Notes: generated by a model not told the origin, from the sequence alone. Positions 48,951 to 62,845 are shown, counted from the first letter of the whole stretch. The stretch is DNA of 63,985 nt, filler included, from Octopus bimaculoides (GCF_001194135.2; 7 parts of 4 records of this genome joined end to end with filler, not necessarily neighbours in it), one strand, 5' to 3'. Numbers and translations: made by a program.

Positions 48951-50266
48951 TCACGGAATTTCCTGTCTGAATCTTGGGCGAAAATTTCGAATCAAATCTT
49001 GATTTCACTTTAATGGAAAAACATTAACTTTAGCACTAATTTATAATAAAAGCACACAGATTACGTAGCCTTGTAACTCGATGGATTTTCGCGCGAAAAT
49101 AGTAAAATCGCACCAAATTGACGATTCTGGTCGGCACTCTTGTGTAGGGTGTGTGTGTGTGTGTGTGTTGATAGCTACATAGATAAATACTACACACAAT
49201 CTAAAAATAGTTGTTTAAAGCATTTTGCTTTACAATCTTCATTCAACATATTGACCGTCTTCAGACTTTACCATTAGCATGGCACTTTGAAACCTGTTAT
49301 CATCCTTGTGTAAATATATTTCCATAAGGTGTATTTTTAAAGTAATTATTAGTTTGACATTTTGACACAAGACTAACAATTTCGAGGAAAAAATATGCTC
49401 AAATGGTACTTATTTTATCGACCCGGAAAGGTAAAATCTACTTCGACAGAATTTGAAGTCTGACCGTAAAGTTAGACGAAGTGTCTACAAGCATTTTTGC
49501 CCGGCGTGCTAACGAATCTGTCAGTTTGCCGCCTTCGTTATAATAACAACTACGAATAAACTTGTTGTAGCATGAAATTCGTGTGATCGAAGTTTTCTAC
49601 AATTACTATTTTGATTTCGTGTTTATATCAAATCTTATGCCGTTTGGTACACAATATTGCTCATTCTCTGAGTTTTGTTTCAAAATTAGTCATACTTAGA
49701 GGTATTGAGTTAATTCACAGGTGATTCATAGGTAAGACATATTCATAGGTAAGACATATTCCGTCGCTCAGGGCGATATATCGTTGCCATCCTGTTTAGA
49801 AATGTCCTATTAATTGCGCTATCGTTGGTTTTAGTATTTCGATTTTGTAAACAGTAATCTTACTCTATTGTAATTACTCCAGATTAATAACTGTATTCCA
49901 TTTACCCTTATTCCTCAGCAACTGTTCATGTGTACATAGTCATGTCTTCCGGTTAGTGACGAAGGGAAGAAACTACGACTGTAATATCTCTACCCTAAAA
50001 CTAAACGAAAATAAACAATACGAAGGCCTGAGTCTCTTTTTGAAAACTGATCAACTTGTTATTATTTCTTCGGTTGTAATACTTTCTTGATCCATTTGTT
50101 TATCGCAATTATGTACAAAAAACAAACGATGAAAAACAGGATTATTTGCAGAATGAATAAACATATTTTGTAAACTCGTACGAATTAGAAATAAAACAAC
50201 AACGACCCCTGATCAAACAAGTACATCAGCTGGACATCACCGTTTAGGTTCACACTAATTTTAAAT

Positions 50267-50522
50267 ATGGTTATTATTAAAGACTCCAAGCGAAGATTTT
50301 ATTTCTCTGGTATTTTCTTTACGCTTATGGCATTGCTTTTTATGATAATTGGATTTTCAACTTCATATTGGGTTAACCAAAGTGGCGAGAAACCAAGCCG
50401 TATTGGACTTTGGGAGGTTTGCTATCGAGAATACACCCCATTAGGAGCTAAAAAGATATTCACTGGATGCTGGTGGTTGTATTCTGATAGTCTTTCATCC
50501 GTGAAGGAATATGTTTTACCTT
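50267..50522 (+). CDS. First coding exon of a claudin/PMP22-family tetraspan protein (invertebrate claudin, Megatrachea/pickel-like)
   Basis: ATG at 50267; TM1 FYFSGIFFTLMALLFMIIGFST; extracellular signature W...GLWEVC...GCWW; phase-1 donor T|GTAAGT at 50523. Confidence 0.88.
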
Positions 50523-51638
50523 GTAAGTAAACTTTAATGTATTAAATTCTGTTTTCATAACTTCACTGTAGATAATCCTCATAAATTTAGAATGATTTTT
50601 CTTTGTTTCATGTATTGAACATTTCCACTTCACCATTACATTTTATACGTTTAATTATTGTATTAGCAATATTAATAATTAGAAATTATTAATATGATTG
50701 GTTGTAGCTAATTAGCTCATAATGAAACTGGTATAAATGACAGATAATGATGCAGTCTATCAATCATTTAACGAAAACAAACATCAACTATTTCTTTCCG
50801 GTGCACGGCTGCCTTCCTGAACCAATTCGTTGTACAGATTTACTCCAAACTTTGACAACAATGTGACTGTTAAAGAGATGGCAAAATAAACAAAATTAAA
50901 ACCTTCCGTACCACATCAGAAAATGAAGTCAACATTGGAAGATAAGGACTTTCTCTTCCAGCAGGCTGTTGAGGGACGTTGTGTTCTTTAGAAAACGTTA
51001 TCAAGGCGTGTAGAGGAATTGTGCATTAAGAATGGATAAAAGAGTCGACCCTTCAACTCTATCAGGTGGTAGGAGTTGAGAAAGAGCATATGTCTGGATC
51101 CGAAGGCAGTCGAGGTTTTGAGTACCGCGATCTCACCTGAGTGGTCATTCCCTCGATTTGGAGTCTTTATTTACATGATGAATACGTTTTTAAATTTTTA
51201 TATTGTATATAATGTGTACATGCACAGGAGTAGTGATAAAGCTGTATGTATGTATGTATGTATGTATATATGCCATTATTCAGTTTGTTTCAAGATTTCT
51301 TGCCAACANNNNNNNNNNNNNNNNNNNNNNNNNNNNNNNNNNNNNNNNNNNNTTAATTAATTAANNNNNNNNNNNNNNNNNNNNNNNNNNNNNNNNNNNN
51401 NNNNNNNNTACTATAGGCATATTCGTTTTACAGAATATGGCTAGGAACGAGGAAGATGTGTTTGAATTTTTGGAAATAAGGCTCTAAATAGAGCTATTTC
51501 CGATTTGAAAAATATATGTTCACGAAGTATTTTGTGTTATACACAACTTATACAAAATTTTAAAACAAAATAGGTCTTTTAAGAGGTGAAACATGCAACT
51601 TACATGGAAGCCGATGTGTCTACCGTCCGTCCATGATG

Positions 51639-51639
<1 letters not shown>

Positions 51640-51672
<33 letters not shown>

Positions 51673-51749
51673 TTATACGACAAACAGACAGACATACAGA
51701 CAGGCAGACAGGCAGACAGCCAAACAAATAGTCAGGCAGACAGACAGGC

Positions 51750-51784
<35 letters not shown>

Positions 51785-51830
51785 AAGATAGATGGATAGA
51801 TAGATAGATAGATACATACATACATACATA
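51640..51830. repeat. (GATA)n/(GACA)n compound microsatellite
   Basis: Direct inspection. Confidence 0.95.
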
Positions 51831-52847
51831 GATATGATGCAAGAAGATAACTAGAGAAAAGTGAAACAGTAAATTATAATAATTCGAAATTTGAAAGTAA
51901 GACGTAGAGTCAGCATTCATATATTAAGAGGTCGATAAACATCCGAAGTATTTGCAAATGATATGATCGCGCGAGCGCATGTGTGTATATGTCAGCGCGA
52001 AATCCACTCAAGTTTTGGATTGATCCTAAACGTGTTCAAGATACCATGTAGAAGGATTTTTATGACAGTAAAATGAAGATTTTAACTACAGTAATACCTG
52101 CTTTCTATTCTCTATTTAATAATGAAGCTAATAAACGTTGGCTGGTTGGTTGGCTGGTTGGTTTGTTGGGTGGTTAAGTTCTTCATTCGTTTTTATATAT
52201 ATTATGAAGAATGAAACTAAAATAGCGATGTAGAAACAGTTGATAAAATAGGTGCAGCATAAAAGCTCGTGCGACGTTTGACCACAGACATTGAGTAAAT
52301 AAACATTACCCACTCGCACAGACACAGAGGGAAAAACAGGAGGTGATGAAGGTAAAGCAAAAGAAGAACGAGCATATGATAGAGTACTTAGGGGAATTGT
52401 TATTTATCGGATTTTAGGGTCATAGATATCATCTTTTGAAAATTAGTATTCACTTTATAAATTTGTATAAGCATTAAGTAATTTTACAAAAGATAAATAA
52501 TAACTATTTAGGGCATGTCATATTTCCTGATATCTCCCACTGTGTACCACGTATGCTTCCAGAGTTATGTCATAGTATAGAGAGGTAATACAAGAATAGG
52601 CGTGGATGTGTGATAAGACGCTTTCTTCCCAAGTACATGTCCCCGGGTTAAATCCCTCTGTGGGCGCATATGTCAACTACTATAACCTCTGGCCGACCAA
52701 ACCCTTGTGAGTAAATTTGGTAGACAGAAGATTAAAGAAACTTCCTGTATATATATATTAATGATAATAGTATGACAACAAATGAATGAATGAGACATCG
52801 ATATTATGTAAAGAGGAATTTATATGTGACAATTATTCGGCTGCCAT

Positions 52848-52908
52848 AATAAAACTCCGAGTTTCGGATGTCGGGGCGCAAATCTGCTCCGGCATCTAGT
52901 CAGTTATT
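52848..52908 (-). ncRNA. Type I hammerhead-like motif, same family as 32751
   Basis: AAUAA CUGACUA GAUGCCGG..CCGACAUC C GAA ACUCGGAGU U UUAUU. Confidence 0.55.
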
Positions 52909-52914
52909 AAGACA

Positions 52915-53690
52915 AACCTGTTGAAAAGTCTTAAAAGACTTACCAAATTTTATTTTGTTCATGAGCTTCAGTGGTCCGCTTCGAAGTCTTCCAAGCCTTT
53001 GATTTTTGGAGGGAATTTCTTTGATATAATTCCTTAGAATATGTTCTGTGAAGTGTCCTCTTCCATGTTGTAAAAGGAAACTCTCCATCTCAATCGCTTT
53101 ATAAGTTCTGTAATTTTCCCCCAAAGTTTCTTAGAGTATAGTTCCCTGGATGGTATAGGCATCCTTTTCATTCAATAATCGATGTTGTAGGCATCTATAT
53201 TGAATTCTTCTGTGGGGCAGAGTCCTAAACCGATTTATGGCGATTGTTTTCAAAACAAGCTGTATGAGCTTTGTTGGATATTTTTTCAATCGTTTGTTGT
53301 CATATTATTATTAAATAATAAATTACCACCCGTACACCGCAGTTTTTCCCTAAAAACATATACAGTTTGTTTTGAAAAATCGCCAAAAATCGGTTGAGGA
53401 CTCTGCCGGCAAAAGAATTCAATATGGACGCCTACAATATCGATTATTCTATGAAAAACATACCTATACCATCCAGGGAACTATACTCTAAGAAACGATG
53501 GGAGATAATTGCAGAACCTATTAAGCGAATGGGGTGGAAAGTTTTCTTTTACAACATGGAAGAGGACACTACAGGGAACATATTCTAAGAAATCATATCA
53601 AAGAAATTCTCTCCAAGAATCAAAGGATTCGAAGACATCGAAGCAGACCTACAGAAGCTCATGAACACAATAAAATTACGTAAGTAAATT
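52915..53690. mobile_element. Head-to-head inverted pair of Penelope-like ORF N-terminal fragments
   Basis: The plus arm (about 53355-53690) encodes DYSMKNIPIPSRELYSKK...IKRMGWKVFFY. The minus arm (about 52940-53270) is its diverged reverse complement, with a spacer of about 80 nt. Confidence 0.75.
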
Positions 53691-56589
53691 TTCTTAGGTT
53701 GTTCAATTTAACTCCGTTGATCAAAATAATTGACCAATTGTGTAAACGTATCTGTAATAAAATCTAGAAACAGCTGTAGCCAAATTTGCTCTAATAAATG
53801 TATCATATGTAATGACCATTATTATAACTTGTTTCATATATATCATTCTGTATAAAATCCAGTTTATTTGAAGCCTATCCATGGATTTACAATGCAGAAT
53901 TGTGATGGACCATAACTAGGGACCCTACCAAAAGATTACCCGGAATGCTTCACTAATCTAATTTTGTTAGCCTGCCGTGCCAACAGAGAACTTATACAGT
54001 ATTTTACCCGGATTGATAATCCCTCAGTATTTGTTTTATATGTGTGTGTGTGCATATGTATATGCGTGCATGGGCATATGTATATGTGTGCATGGGCATA
54101 TGTATATGCCACATACGTATTCTGAAAACATTGTGCGGGTATGTCCTCAAAAAATAATATAAAAAGATATTATTTTTGCCAAATAACCTCTAGGTTTGGA
54201 GCCATTGTATATCCATTAAATCATGATATTTCTCCAACAAATTAGATTGGATTAAACAACTTTGAAAGGTAAAAATATGAGATTAATCTTTCTGACATAT
54301 ATAGAAGGATTAATTTCATCTTCATACTCTTTTTGTTTCTATCAAATCTAGTATTAAATATTGTCATAACTTTAACTTTATCGTATTTACTTGTTGTGTT
54401 TCTTTTTTTTTTTTTTTTTTTTTTTTTTGCAGATTGATAAAAAATCATCACGAAGACACTGCTTAAACAAAACTAATACCTTTAGTTTGTGATGAATATA
54501 CTTTGCAAAAACAAAGGACGTCACTGATGTTAGATAACGTTTTGGCACTTCGTAAGCTTTGATAAATATCTATGTACAGTTCCTACGAGAAACGAAAATG
54601 TATCAGCATATTTTTTTTAAATTTGGTTTATCTACGTTGTGGAGGAAGACGAAGACACTTAGCGCTTGCCATAATTGATATGGGAATGTGGAGGGATTCC
54701 ATAACTAAGAGAGAAATAGTAACTGTTCTGTATGTTCATTTCGAATCATCATCACACACTTTTTTACACAATAGAAATATTCCTACAGTAATATTTCTGC
54801 GATCTTCCGTCGTTAGGTTTTATTGGAAATAATGATTTAGAAATAGTACAGAGACAACGATGTAACTAAATATTTAGACAGCCATGTTTGAAGCCAGCTA
54901 TGTTTAAAGCCCAGGTCCTCTTTACAGAAGCCAACTGACTTGATATGAGACCTAATTATGTCAATGCAACTATTTGTACTGTTAGCATGTATCATGGCAG
55001 GAAGAATCGGTCCATCTTCTATTACTTCCTAACGATTGTGATTTAATGTTCATTAATTAAAAAAATGTTTTGTTTATTGACTGTTTGATATAGTTTAGTC
55101 TTATAGAAAATTGGTTAGAGACACTCGCCTCATTAGTTGAAAAGTGAAAGCTTTAAACGAAAGTAACTTTGGTTGTGAATGCATTTTCGTGATAGTCAGG
55201 TGATTTTCTTAACTCTCTCACATTGTCGAAAGATAGAAATAGTGAGTCACTCACTCTAAATTGCGAAAGCTACAATTACCGTTGGGAATTTTTATGATAA
55301 AATAGAAATTTATATATTGAACATACGTCAAGACTTTGATGTAATTCCCACTCATGTGACCGATTTAGCACTTCGACATTTCAAATGGAAATGTGTAAAT
55401 ATGTCAACATAATACATATAAAGCTCTTCAATTTGTTTTCCTTTATATTAATCGAAACACTTCTATTGAATCACAGGCATATCATCACGCATGACAACGT
55501 TGCTGATGACAACACTGGTAAATTATATATCGGCAATCCGTGCTTATGGTGGAATATCTTAATGTATATAAATGGAAGTTGCCTTTCCATGCACAGGCAA
55601 GTAGCAGAAAACTTGCAATTGAAGAGAAACATATATATGTTCACGTGAAATATTTTCACTAGCACATAAATCAGAAAATCCCTATCTCATTTATAAATAT
55701 ATATATATATATATANNNNNNNNNNNNNNNNNNNNNNNNNNNNNNNNNNNNNNNNNNNNNNNNNNNNNNNNNNNNNNNNNNNNNNNNNNNNNNNNNNNNN
55801 NNNNNNNNNNNNNNNNNNNNNNNNNNNNNNNNNNNNNNNNNNNNNNNNNNNNNNNNNNNNNNNNNNNNNNNNNNNNNNNNNNNNNNNNNNNNNNNNNNNN
55901 NNNNNNNNNNNNNNNNNNNNNNNNNNNNNNNNNNNNNNNNNNNNNNNNNNNNNNNNNNNNNNNNNNNNNNNNNNNNNNNNNNNNNNNNNNNNNNNNNNNN
56001 NNNNNNNNNNNNNNNNNNNNNNNNNNNNNNNNNNNNNNNNNNNNNNNNNNNNNNNNNNNNNNNNNNNNNNNNNNNNNNNNNNNNNNNNNNNNNNNNNNNN
56101 NNNNNNNNNNNNNNNNNNNNNNNNNNNNNNNNNNNNNNNNNNNNNNNNNNNNNNNNNNNNNNNNNNNNNNNNNNNNNNNNNNNNNNNNNNNNNNNNNNNN
56201 NNNNNNNNNNNNNNNNNNNNNNNNNNNNNNNNNNNNNNNNNNNNNNNNNNNNNNNNNNNNNNNNNNNNNNNNNNNNNNNNNNNNNNNNNNNNNNNNNNNN
56301 NNNNNNNNNNNNNNNNNNNNNNNNNNNNNNNNNNNNNNNNNNNNNNNNNNNNNNNNNNNNNNNNNNNNNNNNNNNNNNNNNNNNNNNNNNNNNNNNNNNN
56401 NNNNNNNNNNNNNNNNNNNNNNNNNNNNNNNNNNNNNNNNNNNNNNNNNNNNNNNNNNNNNNNNNNNNNNNNNNNNNNNNNNNNNNNNNNNNNNNNNNNN
56501 NNNNNNNNNNNNNNNNNNNNNNNNNNNNNNNNNNNNNNNNNNNNNNNNNNNNNNNNNNNNNNNNNNNNNNNNNNNNNNNNNNNNNNNNN

Positions 56590-56627
<38 letters not shown>

Positions 56628-57714
56628 TGTATGCATGTATGTATGTATGTGTATATGTATATCAATACATACACACTCGTATAAATACGTATACGCAAAT
56701 ACATATATACCATAGTGGGTGTGTTTCTATCGGGCTACTATCAAGTTGTAACTGCTTATTATATTAAATGCTAATCTGCGACCTATTATTATTCTAATTC
56801 ACGCCATTCTCACACAGTCATCGTAGATAAATATATATGAATATACCTATACCTCTATACACAATAGCCATTCCATGAAACTTTCCAGCACTTTCTCAGT
56901 ATAAATGTTTGTGTGTGAGTGTATATGTTGCTGTACGTGTGTGTGTTTATTTCTCTAAATATGCATGCAATCATACATATAAATATACGTGTGAATGTAT
57001 AAATGTATACATATTTATACATATTCATATTTTCACATATATTTGCGCTCGCATATATACACACACAAATACACACACATGTGTGTGTGTGTGTTTGTGC
57101 GTATGTGTGTGTATATATAAACGTATATATATATATATAGTTCATGTATTCGTGTGTTTGCCGTTCATCTCCCATTTTCCTCACAGCCGTACTGTTCATT
57201 TTCGTTTTTACTTTACTTTTCTATAATTTTGTCAATATTTTTCGCACTGCTTTCAATTAATCTCCCTCAGTCTATTCAATATTCTGATCAATAATCAAAT
57301 GTGTATAATTTCATATCAGAAAGACGTCTGATTCTTAATTGCTGGTCGTAGTTTTATATTATCTGTTTTAAAAGTGCATAATTAATTCTTCAAGCTGCCA
57401 GTATGCTTAGAATGTTTGTGTCAGTATGTATGTCAGCTTCCGTTTTCGTATGTTTTGTTCAGAGTTAATCTCAAACAATTTCAGAGGATTTTACAATAAC
57501 TTTCGACACACAGTTCTGAAAATTATAAAATTACTACATTTTCCCCAGTAATTATATGTAATATGATTGCAGTGATCTTAACCTCAACTGCATAATGGAG
57601 GAATATTATTTTAGTTAGTTTCTGAATTGAATGTTTTACTAAATCCACACTGACCTTTAGCTCTTACAATTGTTACAAATTAAGAATTACAAATTAAGAA
57701 TTAGCTATTCATTT

Positions 57715-58340
57715 TTCTTAAATAGGAAGCAAGAGATGTACATGAACTTCAATCAAAACAAACATCTAGATCTGCGAGCCATCGACGGTTCAACGATGAA
57801 TTCAGTTGAAGATATCATGTTTGTAGGTGGTTGGGTAAACGGCTCTGATGCTGACATCAACGTCAGAAAAGCATAAGATTGGACAGTATCTCACAAGCTT
57901 AATAGAATAGGAAAATTAAGACTGTTAAGGGGAACAAAAAGCAGATGGTTTCTTGCTAATGTTGAGTCAGTTCTACTGTGTGGTAGCGAAACGTGGACAC
58001 CTACCGAAGAATCAAAGCTGTGTTATGGGTGGCTTCTACACAAGGATTTTACGAATGCCCTGGATGCGAAATTGCAACGACTCATGTCGAATGAGTATTA
58101 CTATGAACTCCTTCTAAAAATAACCAACATGTTCAAGGTGAGACGGGTCAGCATATTAGTTCATTACATGCTTCGCCAGTAAAAAGAAACCGCAAAACCT
58201 GTTCTCAGGCACCAAGAGCACGGTACCGACAAATTCTGGGGAAGTGGCATGCATTTATTCACAAACTAAAATCAGACACAGAATTGGATTCTAACCAAGA
58301 ACTGATGGTGCAATGATGAATATAGATACTTGGCGAATTG
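57715..58340 (+). mobile_element. Old RTE-clade LINE fragment from a different family
   Basis: YMNFNQ...IDGSTMNSVEDIMFVGGWVNGSDADINVRKA...VESVLLCGSETWT, with stops and frameshifts. Confidence 0.8.
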
Positions 58341-59178
58341 GCTTTGTCTACCAATGGACATAGATAGAGAAAATCGCGTGAAATATTTTAAATTTGAAAT
58401 CAAACCAAGTTAAAGGTTTTTCACCGGTGTTAGCATAAATATTGTGGAGTTGTAAATGCAGCTTTCAGGTTAGCTTCGTGTAACTTTTACTCGCAACACA
58501 CAACGTCTGCTCAAAGTGTTCTATTATTATACTTCCATTGAGTCTTTATAAGTAATAACTACATTCCAAGCAAATGCTTACAACAATACAAATGCATTTT
58601 CAAAATTATGCACGCATATATAGATGTAAACGTGCACTGTTATCTACAAACTTATATGTATTCATTGCTTAAGATTTTTTACTGTTACAAGTTTTCGTAA
58701 GAATTTAGGTTATGCATCCATTTATAACTTCTATTTAACACTGTGCTGTATTTTGTATTTGTTTTTATTTCAATTTAGATAAAATACTGTATATGCATTG
58801 TTTGTATATATTTTCAAGTAGTTATGTTGTGAAAATCAGTTGTATGTCCATTAATTTATTCCGTGTGTATGCTTATAGAAGCTGGGCATTATCGCACTAA
58901 CAGAAACATAGTTATTACGGTTTGTGTCCATTATTTCCTGATGAGTTTTGTATAGGCATTATATATAGCTAGTGAATGTTTGCTGAAACAACATAATTAT
59001 TAATATAGCATGTACATCTTTGGTGACGCAACGTAATCATCATATGTTGTTATTATAGGCTGGCAATTTACCATTACCATTATACAGAGCTGGTCAACGG
59101 TAGGGAAATCACGGTAACCGTTATATCCCGTAGTACAAAACAGTACATTCCCGCATTTGTTATATTGAGCTAGTATAT

Positions 59179-59285
59179 ATTAGGTGAATCTACATTGATA
59201 TTATATGGAGCTAGTCTATTTTAGGTGAATTTTTAGGTGAATTACTGTATTTTAGGTGAATTACTGTATTTTAGGTGAATTACTA
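59179..59285. repeat. Imperfect tandem repeat of about 20 bp built on TTAGGTGAAT
   Basis: TTAGGTGAATTACTGTATTT units; five TTAGGTGAAT cores. Confidence 0.85.
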
Positions 59286-61139
59286 TAAGCTTTATAATAG
59301 TTAATGTGCACAAAGTGAATCATCACAAGTATTATATAAACTAAGCACGTCTTATATCAATCATTATGAGAAGCGCATAAATGTAGCATGCGTTTAGCGA
59401 ATCACAGTTTGTCTTATATATAGCAAATATAACTTAGACGAATCACTGTGAACATTACATAAAATTAATATATCTTAGGTGAACCACCGCATGTATTTGT
59501 AGAAAGCATCGGGTGGGAGTCAATGTTGTTTCTGAAATGTCAATTATTTTTAGGCAATAAATTTATGTTGTTTCTTTCTTGTACAAAATATGCTGATATA
59601 CAGCAGGAAAATGTGTTTCATTTAATTTTGTTGTGTAAATATTTGCCTATCAGTTGTGTATTTACAGGTGTTAATTGAAATGGGATAAAACAGTGAACTT
59701 ATACTGCACATATTAGGAGGTAATAAATGAAATGGTCAATGTATTTCATACAAGTGATTCTACACATGCTAGGTAAAAGCAAAATGAAACTTATTACCAA
59801 GTGAATAAACTGTCAAATAGAATAGGAAAATGATATTCATAAATCAATGCATCTGTAATTTCTAACAGGAAAACGTTAAATGTAACAAACAGAGACAGTA
59901 CCTAGTTTCCAATGTACGCACGTACAGCCCTATTTAATGCGCGCATACAGTATACCATATTTTACAATACACCAGTGACTAAATGGGATGACTTACAGAA
60001 GTAAAAGCCATTTATGTAACCGTATAATTTAGCGAATGATGTGTCTGTGTATATAAGTAGGAATGCATATAACGAGTCGTATATAAATAAGTTACAAATT
60101 TTAGCTAAAAGGCCCGAAACATTTATATTACTCACGCATTCTTTATTTTTTATGGAATGTTCTTTACAAATAATATTTAAACTCTTTATAACCTGTCTCA
60201 CATATTAACATTTATAGCTGATTTTTGTTCCAAACGAAAAGCGCTTCTATATCAATTGCTTCACAAACTTGTTTTGTCGTATACATTGAGTATTATACAG
60301 GACTCGATACTGACGAAATGTTATATAAATTTTCTATAAGAGAACTGGCAGATTATTTGTTCATTTATTTATTTATATGTGCAATCGCAGTTTTATCTCA
60401 CAAAAATGACCTTGCTTTATCACCACGAGTTAAATTATTTGAAGTACTGACTGGAAGTTTGAGGAAAACATCTGCATGTAAAATAGATCTATATACGATT
60501 TCAAGGCGTTGGTACGTACTAATTCATAAGAAAATCGGTGTAAACTTCTGAAGCAGCATCTGAGAATCTTTTCGTATCACCCAAACAGTGTATGCTAAAT
60601 GACAACGACAATAGAATATATTTACTAATTAAACATATGTAAAAAGAATATCTTCTGTATAAAGAATGAATTTCGCCAAATATAGTGAAACGCTTTATAC
60701 ATTAGAAGAAATGAAGACGTTTATATTTCATATCTATGGACGAATTTACGACTGCCATGCCAAATAGGCGATAACATTTTATAATTTAAGTTCTCCGCGA
60801 AATAATAAAGAAGTGTATCCAAATATTTACTTCGCTGATTTCATTAAAACATTGAAGCATACGAAATATTAATGAAGCGCTGCAATAAAAAAAAAAGCTC
60901 ACGCGTTTGTAAATACAGAAAGTTGATTTTAGATATTTTGGAAAGAAAACAAAAAGAAATATCTATTCTTAAAACGCTTAAAACATTAACTGCCATTCAA
61001 ATATCAAAGTCTCTCTAAAGATCAATCGGACGAAAATCTTTAATAACAAACAACATACAAAAATATTACCATATTCAAAACATCAATGTAGTTCTATATT
61101 TTTGATAAAATCAGCATCTCACACGAAGAATGCCTTGAA

Positions 61140-61555
61140 TTTATTGAGAAAAAGTATTCTTAGACCCATCCATGTATGATTATCAACATAGAATGACACG
61201 CTGTCAACAGGATCAATGTGAAAGTCGAAAAAATGAACAAGTACGAAGATTTAAAGTGGGAAATACGATGGTTGTGGTCAATGAAGAGTGTAGACGTGAT
61301 ACCAATAGAAATTGGTGCACTTGGAAGTATTAGCACTCACCTACCAATATGAGTGAATAAGATCGGTGCAAGTGTGAAGGTAGAACACCTACAAAAATCA
61401 GCATTGATTGGTATTGCAAGAATTTTTCTCAGTGTTCTTGAAGCAGGATCGGTAAACAAGTGTTACCTTAGTCAGCTGGTTGTGGGAAGCTGACACTTTC
61501 TGTCATGCCTACCAAAATATGCTGTGAGTCTTCATATAATGATAATAATAATAAT
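61140..61555 (+). mobile_element. R4/Dong-like non-LTR element 3' fragment (restriction-like endonuclease)
   Basis: CMIINI...VEKMNKYEDLKWEIRWLWSMKSVDVIPIEIGALG...LQKSALIGIARI; ends in a (TAA)n tract. Confidence 0.75.
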
Positions 61556-61809
61556 CGTGTTAACTGGAACGACTAATGTACTGTGAAGAGCATCATCGCT
61601 GTGAAAACAACACCCCGTCATGAAATTATATATTTATCAATTTTTTAAAATACATATTTTACCTGAGAATTTACGTGTGTAAACTGGGAATGCATACAAT
61701 GAGTTTCTCTGCCCTAGGTGTACGGCGAGAAATGGAAGAAAATTTGAAGAAAGAAGAAAAAAAAATAATAATAATGGCAATAATAATAATAGCTCCGGGC
61801 TAAATAACA

Positions 61810-62845
61810 ACATGGACGTACACTAAGAACCTCTCACCACAAAACTAACATAATCCAATACCATCAATGCGTTGGAAGGAAAACTTCGCGAGACAACTGT
61901 GGGAAAATTTCTATTAAAGGAAAGCAACTAAAAAATCGGAAAGATGTTTGCTACATGAAGTTTAGTTTCTTTCTTCAATACACGATATCTCAATGCTAGT
62001 TTTTGAAAAACTAGATGTAAATTTTATGATGGAGATTTGAAAGCAGGCGAAGGGTTGCGCCCTGAATACCCCTATTGCAGTTAATTTTGCTAATGTCTTC
62101 ATGACGAAATTCGAGACAGAGTTACTGAAGACATTCCAGTCCTTTCATGGTCATGAACCAATACTCTGGTTACGGTTCACAGATGACGTAATTTTTGTCT
62201 GGCAAGGATCCAGACAAATGGACCTCTTGCCTTTCTGTAACTATTGTGCTAAAAAACTATGGCTTTAAGTCCAACATACATTTTAGGTCTCGTTTTTAAA
62301 AAAACTAGCTTTGAATTTTTGGACAAAAAATCAAGTTTTCTTAAGGTAGAATAGTGACAGAGTTATTTTGCAAGCCTACGTCATGCCACATTTATCTCCA
62401 CCGCCGCTCTGATCATCCACATCATATCATTGAGTCAAATCCGAAATCCCAATTTCTTAAAGATAAAACGGATTTGTACTGGCATAGGGGATATCTGAAA
62501 ACATGCAAATGCTTTTGTACATCATTATGTCAAACGCGGTTACAGTGAATCACGATTAAAGGAAATAACAAATCAAATCGCTAAGATTAGCAAATATAGT
62601 CAAACATTCACGCATAATTTTAGCAAACACAATACAATAAATAACAGAATTTCTTTGGGACTAACTGGCACCGAAATTTCGCTGACATTTCAAAACTGTT
62701 ACATGAAAGTTACAAGCATGTGGCGAAAAATTATCCTCATTTCAAACAGATATTTCTTCAGGCGCCTATCGTAGCATTTAGACGGAAAAAGAATAAAAGA
62801 GAAATATTGACCTCAAGGCACGCTGTACCTTGAAAATCAGCCGCA
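61810..62845 (+). mobile_element. Penelope-like reverse transcriptase fragment (decayed)
   Basis: KQAKGCALNTPIAVNFANVFMTKFETELL...PILWLRFTDDVIFVW; GRIVTELFCKPTSCHIYLHRRSDHPHH...SQFL. Confidence 0.85.

Noticed and set aside
53678-53690. Splice donor GTAAGT at the ends of both PLE arms
   Set aside because: It falls within the coding IK(L/F)(R/G)K segment of the PLE ORF, and the minus arm continues in frame.
60225-60551. 108-aa ORF as a downstream claudin exon
   Set aside because: There is no claudin TM2-TM4 pattern and no suitable phase-1 acceptor.
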